Assembly: GCA_038087875.1 (NCBI GenBank) | Contig: CM075991.1 | Location: forward strand, 1,860,001-1,924,000 | Source: Malacoraja senta | Taxonomy: Eukaryota | Direction: 5' to 3' | DNA: 64,000 nucleotides | In this document: one piece after another, positions 11,560 to 26,135 of the stretch | Layout: each line of letters starts with the position of its first letter | Numbering within the stretch: position 1 is the stretch's first letter | Translations under genes and position numbers: made by a program | Notes under the pieces: model-generated | Seen by the model: the letters and a program-made list of their open reading frames with translations, nothing else | What the model was told of the DNA's origin: nothing | Database searches by the model: none

Positions 11560-12400
11560 CCTTCCTCCCCACCTCGTCCCCCCTCTCCCTCTCTCTCTCT
11601 CTTGTATGCCCCCTCCACCCCCTTATCCTGGGACCCCTCCACTCCATCCCACACTGATCCCCATTCCCGCCTCTATTCAGTCCTCACTGACATCCACTTT
11701 GCTCCCCTCCCCATCTACCCCCCCCCCCATCTATTCATCCTGCGCTGATCACCCTATCCACCTCGCACTGATTCTCCTGCCACCCCCCCCCCCATCCATC
11801 CTACACTGGTTCCCCAATTCACCCTGTACTTACTCCTTTCCCATCCATCCTCCACTTCTCCTCCATCCATCCTGTACTGATCGCCCATCCATCCTGTACT
11901 AATCCACGCATTCATCCCATACTGACCCACCCTCCATTTACCCTGCACCTTCCCCCCTTCCCCTCATTCATCCTGTAGTGATCCCCCATTCATCCTGCAC
12001 AGACCCTCCGATCCACACTGTACTGACCCCCCCCCCCCATTCATCCTGCACTGATCTCCCCCCCCATCCATCCTGTACCGACCCTCCCATTCAAGAAGAA
12101 TGGGGGGAACAGTCGGAAGAAGGGTCTCGAACCAAAACGTTGCCTATTTCCTTCGCTCCATAAATGCTGCCTCACCCGCTGAGTTTCTCCAGCACTTTTG
12201 TCTGACTGAACCCCCCCCAATTCAACAACACTGACATCCCCAGTGCTCTCCCCTCACAATTTTACCTACTCCAACCAACACGTACTAATTCACCTGCCTC
12301 AATCCATCCATTCTGCACCGACTGCCTTCTAATCGCCCGCCCCCCACCCCCGCCATCTGTCCACCCCGCACTGATTCACACACGCCCCCCTCCCTGACCC
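11560..12400. repeat. C-rich degenerate minisatellite
   Basis: Recurring (C/T)CATCCTG(T/C)ACTGA followed by C-runs. Confidence 0.8.
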
Positions 12401-14260
12401 TATTGTGCTGGAAATGTCTTCAGAGCGAACTTTGACTATGTTTGATAACGGAATGCAATCAAATGTGTTTTAATTCCCAATGTTATTATTTGTTTTAATA
12501 CATAAAGATGGATTAATTAAATTGTGAACACGTGAAACATTAAAACGGCACTGCTGCTGTTGACACGTTATTACAGAATTCATTTTAACGGCAAATCAAT
12601 GCTCTTAATATGGAGTATCAGTACTGTAGTTATTTAATGAGCAACATTCACAACTATACGTAAGCATATATGTTACCATGGTCCAGGATTTATTTACACA
12701 GGTTGATCATACGCTGAATAATCCAACCACATTGTTGTTTGGAAGTGGAAAGAACTAATAGAAATTGCATTCATTGCAATGTGTAAAAAGAGTTGAGATA
12801 CTGTCTTATAATTTTGCTGCATGTCATTGTGCGATATATCATGCCTTGATTGGTGAATATTTGTTTGTGACTTTATTTGAAGCAGAAATAATATGTGAAT
12901 GCTTCATTGAGTATAATTCCGACTGGTAACTACGCACTTTGTCCGAGCACATTATTGCATGCGTCATGCAAGCCATCTTAAATGACCACCTAAACTGTCA
13001 TTTGGCAACCTAAAAAGCTGCCACGGTTGCCCGGCTGGCAACAGGGGGAAAAAATTAAGCGAGAGCCCTGTGTACATGGGTTAAATTGTTATACTCTAAC
13101 CCGACAGCTGGAATATTAACAAACCAAATGTTATCAGCTAAATTTAATCTTTCTAGAGGTTGCAGACAAGGATGTTCACTATCCCCACTATTATTTGCTC
13201 TTGCAATTGAACCATTAGCAGAAAGCGTTAGAACCCATCCAGGAATACACGGGTACAACACTAGAGACACAAGGAATAACATTTCTTTATATGCAGATGA
13301 TGTACTAATATATATTACAAAGTTAGAAACTAGTATTCCAAATCTATTAAATCTAATAACTCAATTTGGTCAGTTCTCAGGATATAGAATTAACTGGAAT
13401 AAAAGTGAAATCATGCCAATAACAAAATTCAATTTACATACATTACAGCAATCCCCTTTTAAAATAGTTAAAGATAAACTTAAATATTTAGGAATCTACG
13501 TAACTAAGACATATACCTCTTTATTTAAACTAAATTTTCCACCCTTACTGAATAAATTACACAAGAATATTCAGTACTGGAAAACACTTCTCATTTCAAT
13601 GCTTGGTAGAATTAATGCTATAAAAATGATCTGCTTACCGCAACTACTGTACCTATTTCAATTAATTCCGATATATATCCCAAAAAACTTTTTCAAAAAA
13701 GTAGATTCCATTGTTACAAGCTTTATTTGGGATTATAAGAATCATAGAATAAGTAAAAAACATTTATGTAAGTCAAAGAGCAATGGAGGTTTGGCCTTGC
13801 CAAATTTCTTATTTTATTTCTGGGCAGTCCATATTAAAAACATGAATTTCTGGCTGGAAGAAATGGATCAACAAGCAGATTGGTTAAGGATGGAAAAGGA
13901 AGACTGTTTACCTTTTGAAATTGGTTCGATTATATTTGCTCCCACAAAACTGCATTAAAAAAACTATAAGGAAAACCCTATAATACATAGTGGAATATGA
14001 ATTTGGAAACAATTAAAAAGAGCTTTGAAACTGAATAATATACCACTATGTCTTCCCATTGTAAATAATCCTTTATTCAAGCCATCCATATTGGATAAAG
14101 TTTTCACACAATGGAAACATTTTGGAATTAAAAAGATTGGACATCTTTATAGGAAAGGCATCTTTCTTTCATTTCAAGAGTTACAACGGAATCATGGACT
14201 GCACTCAAATAATTTCTTCAGATTTCCACAAATTAGAGATTATGTTAAATCTAATACACA

Positions 14261-16275
14261 AAAGTGAAATCATGACGTTAAAACCTCAAGAATCTACACA
14301 CTTATTGAAGTTCCCCTTTAAAATTGCAACAGAAAAATTTAAATATTTGGGTATTCAAATTACTAGAAAATATAAAGCATTATTCAATGCTAATTTTATA
14401 CCTTTATTAAATAAACTCAATATGTTGATTAAATTTTGGAAAACACTTCCTTTATCATTAATAGGTAGAATAAACGCTATAAAAATGATCTTTCTACCAC
14501 AATTATTATACCTATTTCAGTCTATACCATTATATATACCAAAATATATATTTTTAAAATTAGACTCTAATATTACTAATTTTATTTGGGATTATAGATC
14601 ACATAGAATAAAAAAAAACACTTATGTAAACCAAAAGATGTCGGGGGACTTTCACTCCCGAATTTTTTGTATTACTATTGGGCAGTGCATATTAAGAATA
14701 TAGTTTACTGGTTGGACAGTTCTACCCAACAGAGAGAATGGTTAAGAATGGAGAAAGAGGATTGTTTTCCTTGTAATATAGGAACGATCCTCTTCTCCCC
14801 GAAAAAACTGAACACAATATATAAGAACCCAATTATACACGATACAATAAGAATTTGGAAACAAATAAAATTATCTTTAAAATTAAGAAATTTATCATTG
14901 TTAATGCCAATAGCGAATAATCCTTTATTTAAACCATCTCTTATTGATAAAACATATAACCAATGAGAAAGATTGGGAATTAAAAGGATCGGTGTTATGT
15001 ATGAAATGGGAAATCTATTATCATTCCAACAATTACAATTAAAATTTAAACTGAAAAACAACCTATATTTTAAATATCTTCAGATTTGCGATTTCATGAA
15101 GAAATAATAATAATAATAATAGATTTTATTTATATAGCGCTTTTCAGGACTCAAAGTCGCTTTACATTGAGAGTCAGGAATAAACAAAACAAAATAGAGC
15201 AGTAAAACAAAATAGAGCAGTAATACATACAAGGATATCAAAAAATAACTTTTGATTTACTGGAAGAAGCAATGAATATTAAGGCTGACTCACAAAATTT
15301 AATATCATATTTATATAATAGTATTTTAAATATAGACCTACCATCGACAGAGGTACTTAGCGAAGAGTGGGAACGGGAATTAATGATAAAAATTACGAAG
15401 GTTACATGGGAAAAGTATTTGATATATATACACAAATGTTCGATTAATGCAATACATAATTTAATTCAATCTAAAATTTTACATAGATTATATTATTCAA
15501 AAACTAGATTGAATAAATTTTATCTAAATATATCCCCCATTTGTAATAAATGTCTATCCCAAAATGCAACTATAACACATTCTTTCGTTTCCTGCATAAA
15601 ACTTTATAAATTTTGGAGTGATATTTATGAAATATTTACAAAATTATGGCAAGATAAGAATGGAACCTAATACTGAAATGATTATATTTGGAGTAATGGA
15701 AGATGGGAATAAATTGAACTCATCTCAAAATTTATTTTAAAATTATGGTTTAATAATAGCAAAAAAACTAATACTTAAATTTTGGAAAAAATACACCAAT
15801 ACTAACGCTTAAAATGTGGATTTCAAGCATGTTGGACACCGCACATCTTGAGGAAATGCGATTCCTCCTAATAGATAAATCAGACCAATTCTTAACGAGT
15901 TGGTCTCCATTTGTCATCTTTTTGGAATCATATGGTGCAACATAATTGTAGAAGCTAACTGTTCCAGGACTGGGTGAGGGATGGTCAAGATTATAAATAA
16001 TGATCTCTTACTTTTATTTTTTTTCTTTTTGTTATCTCTTTTTTCTATTTTCTTTTCTTCAACTTTCTTCTTTCACTCTTTTTTTTTCTTTTTCACACAC
16101 TATATATTTCACGTTTTTCTATCTTTTATTATTTAATTATTTTTTTCTTATTCTTCTTTACCATAATAAAAAATATAAGAAGCTGTACATAAAATGTATT
16201 ATGTCAATATATATTAGGCACTTTGGTGCCATATGATTGTACTTACTTCTAATAAAATTAAAATATATATTTTTT
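14261..16275 (+). mobile_element. L1 element B (different subfamily) nested in L1 A
   Basis: TSD AAATCTAATACACA (14247-14260, 16276-16289) after TT, the L1-EN-type TT|AAA site. KYLGI, GRINAIKM, CNKC...HSFVSC, T-rich 3'UTR, AATAAA. Confidence 0.92.
15104..15222 (-). mobile_element. Short L2-type 3' tail inserted in L1 B
   Basis: (AAT)n followed by TTTATTTATATAGCGCTTTTC...AAAGTCGCTTTACA, the reverse of an L2 terminus. Confidence 0.6.
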
Positions 16276-17264
16276 AAATCTAATACACATGTTTATAGGA
16301 CTAGGGAACCAGAAATTCTTGATGAATGTTTGAATAAGCATCCTAACACTGAAAAATTTATAGCTTATATTTATAACACCCTCTTAAACAACGAGGTACC
16401 ACCGATGGAACTATATAGACACACATGGGAAACTGAGTTAGGTCATCCTATAACGAAAGATATTTGGGACGAAAGTTTACAACATATACATCGATGCTCG
16501 TTAAATGCCAGACATGCTTTAATACAATTTAAAGTCTTACACAGATTACATTACTCCAAAATAAAACTAAATAGAATCTTCCCACATATTTCTCCTATTT
16601 GTGATAAATGTCTGAATCTAGAGGCCAATTTAACACATACTTTTGCAAATTGTACAAAAATTAAAAATTTCTGGACTGATATTTTTGAAATAAATTCTGA
16701 AGTTGTTAATACTAAATTGGATCCAGACTCAAAATTAAATAATACTTGGGATATCAAAACAAAGTTTAACACTCACAACAAGCCAAAGAAACTTCCTCGA
16801 CCACAGTATAATAACTGGGAAAAAATTAATATTAAAATTTTGGAAAGGCCCTATAACCCCTACAATTAAAATGAGGATTGAGGAAATGAGGAAATGTCGG
16901 AGACCCTACATCTAGAAAGAATTAGACTTGTCTTAATGGAAAAACAAGAACTTTTTGTTAAAATATAGGCTCCATTCATTAACTATTTGAAGGGATAGAT
17001 TGGCCCAGCACGAAAACCCAACTGAAGCTTGAACTCAGGATTAGATGTAAAATTATACTTCATAACCTACGAACTTATCTCCAATGACATATTATAAGTA
17101 ATTCATTCCACCTTCTCTTTTTTTTTGATATTTGTAATTCTTTTTTCTTTCTATCTCTCTTTTTCTATCTATAAAAAAAAACACTAGAAGCAGAATTAAT
17201 GGACAATTGAAAAGTTTAATAATGTATGATTGATGTATATGAAAAGTTTTTTTACTATAATACT

Positions 17265-18045
17265 AACGGCAGCGGCTCGACTACAGTCGTCCGTCTTTTT
17301 TTAATTTTTGTCTTGTTAAATGTATGTCTTGAGCTTAGTTTTTATTATTTTTTAGCTGGTGTATATGTGGGGGGTGGGGGGTGGAGGGGGGGATGTGGGG
17401 GAAACCGTTAGTCTCTTCCCTGTAGGGGAACCGACGTTTTCCATGTCGGGTCTCCGATGTCGTTGGGCCTAACATCGTGGAGCAATGGCGGCTGCCTCCG
17501 GCCGGGACCAACCTGAGGGCTCCAGTCGCGGAGCCTGGGACCTGGCCGGCTTCGGAGGGGAGAGCTGTGGTGGCGCTCGGCTGCGACCCGACTTTGGAGT
17601 TTCGGAAGCTCCGGCTGCTGGCCCGGTGGACAGGAACATCGGGAGCTCCAGGTCCCTGGTGGGAGACGGCTTTTCAGAGCTCCCGCAACGGCAACTTCTC
17701 CCGCTGGAATCGCGGAGTTTGGAGGACACGGAGCGGGGCCTAACACCGCCCGGCGCGGGTTAGCGGCCACGGGACTTACCGTCGCCCGCCGGGGGCTCTA
17801 ACATCGGAGCCCCAGTTCGCCTAGACGCTGCAGGTGACTGTTGGACCGCGGGTGAAGAATAAAAGGGAAGAGATAAGACTTTGCCTTCCATCACAGTGAG
17901 GAGGTGTTGGAGACTCACTGTGATGGATGTTTATGTAAACTGTGTTAAATGTGGGTCTTGTTTTTTTTGTAATGTAAAAAAAACTGTAGTAATGAAATTT
18001 CGTTCAAGCCTGGTTTGAATGACAATAATATAGCATTCAATTCAA
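17265..18045 (+). mobile_element. GC-rich non-autonomous retroposon in L1 A 3'UTR
   Basis: Homologous motifs to 994-1863, 14-bp stem at 17887-17927, tail GAAATTTCGTTC...TGACAATAAA...(TTCAA)n. Confidence 0.8.
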
Positions 18046-18399
18046 TATGTTACTATACTTTATAATATGTTTGCTTCTAATAAAAAATACAAAATTAAAA
18101 TTTAAAAAAAGACCTGACAGCTTAAACACCCACTCAAAGATATTGTCAATTTGCTGAGGTTGATTATGTCCAATTAACAGCTAACAATTATGCCATTCCT
18201 TGCCTTGCATCTGAGTAAAATGTAATTCAAAACCCACGTATGGTTTGCGATTTTTTTTAAATGATAAATTTAGCTTCAGAAGCGTTTTCTTTGTGCATGT
18301 AAAAACCCACTTGAGAACCATGGGCGATTTAAATTTTAAAGACAGATTTATCACTTTTGAAACGTTTGACACAAAGGAATGAAGAAAAAACACAAATAA

Positions 18400-18627
18400 T
18401 GCCTTACTGTTGATGAAATGCAGTGAGCAAACGCGATAATTCCCAATATTTTCAATCTTGATATCTGCACGGCCAATGTTCGCCAACCACTTTACCTGTT
18501 GTTGTCCCTTCAACTCTCGCTTCTCTCTACCTTCATTTCGCTTCACTTTTGGAATTCTGAAGTTGGGTACATGTCTCTCACACTTACCCGACTTCCACAA
18601 TTTTTTACAGCGAAAAAATTCAACATT
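18400..18627 (-). pseudogene. THAP exon, right arm (frameshifted)
   Basis: MLNFFAVKNC / NFRIPKV...VKWLANIGR...YRVCSLHF, then GTAAGG. Confidence 0.8.
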
Positions 18628-19071
18628 TTGGCGGTTTTTAACAGGTAGGAAAGTAGCGTTTCTGCATAATAACATATACCGGAGGTTACGGATGTCCTCC
18701 AGAAGGATGGAGCTGCTCCGTGTGTCACGCCCTTTGACCCGATGACCTTACGTGCAACCCCCCTATTCCTCTCTTGCCACCAGTCCCCGACAGTTGCTGC
18801 TTCACCAACTCAGTTCCTCCAGCGCTTGTTTCTTGGCCCCGTCATTGTACCCGGGTGAGAGTAATTAATGCTCCCGGTTGTGTTTGTTTAATAAAAACGA
18901 GAATGTGAGATCCAGAAGTGAAATTTGATTCCAATTGGAAAGGAATAAAACCGACAGACACTGGATTTAATTTCACACCACTCGCCGCGGGCGGTCAGTC
19001 GAGTAATTTACATCCAGGGCATCCGGAAATCACCAAACTGCGGAACAAAGAGAGAAAAAGCTGATGTTTAC

Positions 19072-19386
19072 CTTCGCAGATAACGCCGGCATCGTAGGAG
19101 TGTGGAACGTTATAGTCCCTCCATGGCTCTGATCTACACTCCCGCAGAGCGGCCTCGCTCCCGCTGCACCGAACATCTGACGTCACAATGGGTCCGGACC
19201 CCGGTCCAAAGTGAGCATCGCCCGGGGCTCCCGTCGCGGGGCCGCAGCCCAGCTCCCGACACACCACCGCCGCGTCCTGCAGGTCCCAGCCGTAATCATA
19301 CACAGTCCCCCAGTTCCCCTTGTAGTGAACCTCCACTCTCCCGGCGCATGGACTGCCCCCGTTCACCAGCCCTCACTTCACGCTTT
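19072..19386 (-). CDS. Group B scavenger receptor cysteine-rich (SRCR) domain exon, CD163/DMBT1/WC1-like. An in-frame TGA near the start makes it possibly pseudogenic
   Basis: Acceptor TTTTTGTTTCAG, 315 nt, phase 1-1, donor [48 protein letters not shown]...HFGPGSGPI...[13 protein letters not shown]...DAGVICE. TGA at 19375-19373. Confidence 0.9.
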
Positions 19387-19727
19387 CTGAAACAAAAATC
19401 AGAAAATAGAAGAACAAACGTTACCGCCGGTTTGAGCCGCGGGTCAGTCGGCGCCCCGCACACCGCGCTCCCAGCCACCCCTAGCTCCAACCATTCAAAG
19501 TCCACATGTATCACGGAATGATCAACGGAGCGGCAGACCGGAATGAACTGTTAACAGTGTCAACAATAGTCAGTAAGCTGGTAACCGTCCGGAGAACCGG
19601 GATCACCCGGTCATTCTCGGGGAGAGCGGCTGATGAGCTGCGCGGGTCAGTGTCCCGTTGTACTCAAAGCTCATGTGACGGGCAATGGAACCCAAACGTG
19701 TTAGAGGTGTGAAGGCATTCCTGGAAT

Positions 19728-20591
19728 ATGGAGGTTTCACGGCAGTCGGGTGACGACCCCATGACCCGTACTGTTGCTACGCTACGCCAAGTGGATTACA
19801 CGCGATGAACTGCAGGCAGGCACTTACCATTGTTTCCAGCGTAGCGGGCCCGTAAAACCCGCCGAAATGGTCAATTTTTGCGCTGTAAATAATTATGGAA
19901 ATCGGGATAAGCGTGAGAGACATTTAGCCAACTTCAGAATTCAAAAAGTGTGGAGAAATGACGGTAGATTGAAGCGAGAGCTGAAAGGAACAACAGCCAG
20001 AGTGCTTGGCGAACATTGGCCGTTTGCTCACTGCATTTCATCAACTAAGGCATTATTTGTGTTTTTTCTTGATTCCTTTGGCATCTAAAAAGTTTCAGAA
20101 GAGATAATCGCCCCTGGTTCTCGTGGGTTTTTACATACAAAAATAAAACGCCTCTGAAGCAAAATTTACAACCAGATTTACCACTTCTGAGACTTTTTAG
20201 ATACCAAAGAAATAATTTAAAAAAAAATAATGCCTTACCGTTAATGAAATGCAGCGAACAAACGCGATAAATCCCGATATTTTCAATCTTGATATCTGCA
20301 AGGCCAATGTTCGCCAAGCACTTTAGCTGTTGTTGTCCCTTCAGCTCTCGCTTCTCTTTACCTTCATTTCGCTTCACTTTTGGAATTCTGAAGTTGGGTA
20401 CATGTCTCTCACACTTACCCCACAATTTTTTACAGCGAAAAAAATCAACATTTTGGCGGTTTTTAACAGGTAGGAAAGTAGCGTTTCTTGTATTAATAAC
20501 ATATACCGGAAGTGACGGATGTCTTCCAGATGGATTGAGCGGCTCCGAGCGTCAAGCCCTATGACCCGGTGACATTACGTGCAACCCCCCT
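19728..20591. mobile_element. Compact ISL2EU/PHIS-like element with two convergent THAP arms
   Basis: AT|ATGGAGGTTTCACG ... CGTGCAACCCCCCT|AT (11/14 terminal match). THAP remnants MVNFCAVNN on + and NFRIPKV...YRVCSLHF on -. Confidence 0.75.
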
Positions 20592-20833
20592 ATTGGACGC
20601 CAAAGGTGAAAGATCCGGACTGGGACTCCACAGTGGGATGAGCAGTGGGAAGACGCTTGGAACCGGGAACCATGTCAGCAGAGTCGATTCCCCACACTGC
20701 GCGCTTCAGGGACATTACTGATCGTCACTCCGTCTGTAGACGGCAGTCACCTCGCAAGTAGCATTAAAGGTCTTCAGTACCAATCAGTCTCAGTAGCCGC
20801 ACTCTTAACGCAGTGAAAGTTAAGCGAGGTTAC

Positions 20834-20866
20834 CTGAAGGGTCCGCCTGACAATCCCCGGGTCGGC
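20834..20866 (-). CDS. Candidate 33-bp linker micro-exon of the SRCR gene
   Basis: Acceptor TTCTTTATTTCTCATTTCAG, donor CAG|GTAACC. In phase 1 it reads (G)RPGDCQADPS(E), compatible with the SRCR exon. Confidence 0.55.
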
Positions 20867-21184
20867 CTGAAATGAGAAATAAAGAATGAGATTTGGCTGT
20901 GTGACGGGTGGAGTGATGGGGTTGGGATGTGGGAGCGAATGGGTCCATGGGGAGGTGGGCATCTCATTAATGAATCCATCACCGGAAAAAGTCCCGACAG
21001 TGACCTGAGAGGCAGCGTTCCGAACCGCTACAGAGTTGTTTCACCTTCCCACCTGCTTTTTTAGATGTTACTGTAAATGAATATCAGCAGTCAGAAAATC
21101 GTATCGTGTCTCTGTTGCAAATAAATTTATTGTTAGATCTACAGAGATCTGGATACAATTTACCGATGTGGTAAATTTGGTCCA

Positions 21185-21660
21185 TGCCGACCAGATTGTC
21201 CCATCTAAGTAAGTTCAATTTGCCCACGTTTGGCCCATGTCTCTTTAAAACGTTCCAATGCTTGTACCCGATCAATGAATTTTAAATGCATTAAATACCT
21301 TAAATACCTGCCCCAGCTGCCTCCCCTGGCAGCTTGTTCCATATACCCACCACCCTGTGTCTGGAAAAAACGCCCCTCTGGAAGAGATCTTTCCCTTCTC
21401 ATCTTAAAACCTTTAGCCTCTGTTGTTTTAATTTCTCCTATCCTGGTTTAAAATACTCTGTGCCATTCACTTTATTAATTCCTCTCGTGATTATATGCTC
21501 CTCCATCGCCCCTTGGTCTCCTGCGCTCCAAGGAATAAAGTCCTAGCTTGCCCAATCTCTCTCCACAACTCGGGTCCTTAAGTGCTGGAAACGTCTCGTA
21601 AATCTTCACTGCATTCTTTCCATCTTAATTGCATCCGTCCTATACTGGGGTGACCCTTTA
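21185..21660 (-). mobile_element. CR1 3' fragment
   Basis: Reverse strand has FFQTQGGGYME and CR1 tail sequence. Confidence 0.75.
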
Positions 21661-22894
21661 GAACGACAGGGAACAATATACCTGAAAACTAAGCCTGTCG
21701 GGCCACGACAACTCTCCTATCGCCTCTGGTGAACTATCAGGTTCGGGCACATTTTACTTAGCCTTGAAAATACATTGTGTTGCCACTCTAACTGATAATT
21801 CGCATGGGAAAATTCATAATGCAATTAACAGTGAATAACCCCATCCTTATTCCCCTAGAATAAATCTTTTCGTTTTTTTCAGTTTTCAGTACATATAATA
21901 ATAATAATAATACATTATATATGACAGTAAAAAAAAAAAAACACTCTTGAAATAGCTATTGTCTGTGAGGTTCATACTGTCACGAGTTCAGATTCTCATT
22001 TCAATTTTATTTCCCACAGGCGATACAAAGTGAACTGACCCGTGTGCCAAACTCGATCATTTTAATTTTCTGCGGACAGCCATTCCTTGATTTCCCCTCC
22101 AACAAAATTTACGATGATATTCCCTCCGATGGATTTGCAGGATATTTTTCTGTGTTCAACACCATCTACCACATGATGGACAAATGACCTGATCCCAGAC
22201 TACTGAAGATATTCTGCCCCCGATTTCTATAATACTTTCCAGTATCTTAATACAGGTGCGGCGATGCTAATATTTACGACTATGACTATTTATTTTCAGA
22301 TTTGCTTGTGGAGAATGCTTGAATGATATCCCGTTACAAGTTGGTTCGTTTGTGTCCTGCGTTGTCCAGCAATAACTGGGCACGACTTGCTCCCACACCT
22401 GAGTGCTGTTATCAACTTGGCTCCAGGAACAGACACTGTCTCGCGAGTTGCCATTTTCTTTTAACCGATTTTCAAGAAGTGGGGAAAGTCTATTTACGTT
22501 CACAGTTTCAAACCCGCGTTACAATTTTTGAATCTAGATAATGTTATTCAATTCTATGCCTTTCACCGATTGCACAAACTCAGCCCGTGGACAATGCAGT
22601 GGACAATTGATCGCATGCACAACAGTCTCATTAATTTAGCGTTATATCTCACGAAGTAATAATATAAACAGCACAATCGTATCTGACAATTTGGGAATCA
22701 TTAGGATCATATTTTCTCAGATGTGCATTACGATTATGCAAGTATTTAATGCACGCGGAAGCAATAGGACAAAAGGAGACCATTCAGCCCATCGGCTCCA
22801 TACCAAGCACCGTACAACAATCTCGTTGATTTAATTTACCCTCTCCTTATTTCCCTTCATTCGGGCCCATCAACCCTTCTTTCATCTGTTTGAC

Positions 22895-23082
22895 CATTCT
22901 ACTCAAGATAATTTACAGTTGGTAATTAAACTACCTAGCAACAAATCATTGGGATGCGCGAAGAAACCCGAGCACCCGGGCAAACGCGCACAGTCACAGG
23001 GAAGATGCAAGTGTAATAGCATGTCATACAGCACCGGTGGTAAGGAATGAACCGAGATCGCTACAACTGGGTGGAAGCAGCG
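22895..23082 (-). mobile_element. HE1/V-SINE-like fragment
   Basis: GAAACCCGAGCACCCGG...CACAGTCACAGGGAAGATGCAA matches the reversed V-SINE core. Confidence 0.6.
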
Positions 23083-23096
23083 GTATTATAATTAAA

Positions 23097-26135
<3,039 letters not shown>

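Larger units (their letters stand above)
10807..13070. mobile_element. Non-autonomous hAT-like DNA transposon with 5-bp TSD (hAT5-like)
   Basis: TIR CAGGGCTC...GAGCCCTG. TSD TGTAC at 10802-10806 and 13071-13075. Subterminal GGCAACC/GGTTGCC motifs at both ends. Confidence 0.85.
9941..18110 (+). mobile_element. L1 element A: 5'-truncated ORF2, 3'UTR and A-rich tail, with three nested insertions
   Basis: Frame GEKYC|TWVKLLYSNP rejoins across the hAT-like insert. GCRQGCSLSPLLF, LYADD, KYLGI, C-terminal CDKC...HTFANC. AATAAA plus A-rich end at 18079-18110. Confidence 0.92.
9357..18764. mobile_element. ISL2EU/PHIS-like foldback DNA element with THAP-encoding inverted arms, inflated by nested insertions
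   Basis: Left AT|AGGGGGGTTGCATGTAAGGTCATCGGGTCAAAGGGC, right GCCCTTTGACCCGATGACCTTACGTGCAACCCCCCT|AT, giving an AT TSD. Inverted similarity runs about 500 bp through the THAP exons. Both flanks are PLE-LTR-like. Confidence 0.72.

Noticed and set aside
11560..12400. Repeat-spacer appearance suggestive of a CRISPR array
   Set aside because: Degenerate units with low-complexity spacers in eukaryotic DNA, and no cas genes
22020..22260. Plus-strand exon-like segment with acceptor, donor and IYDDI motif
   Set aside because: Stops in the frames examined, opposite strand to the SRCR exon, no recognisable domain
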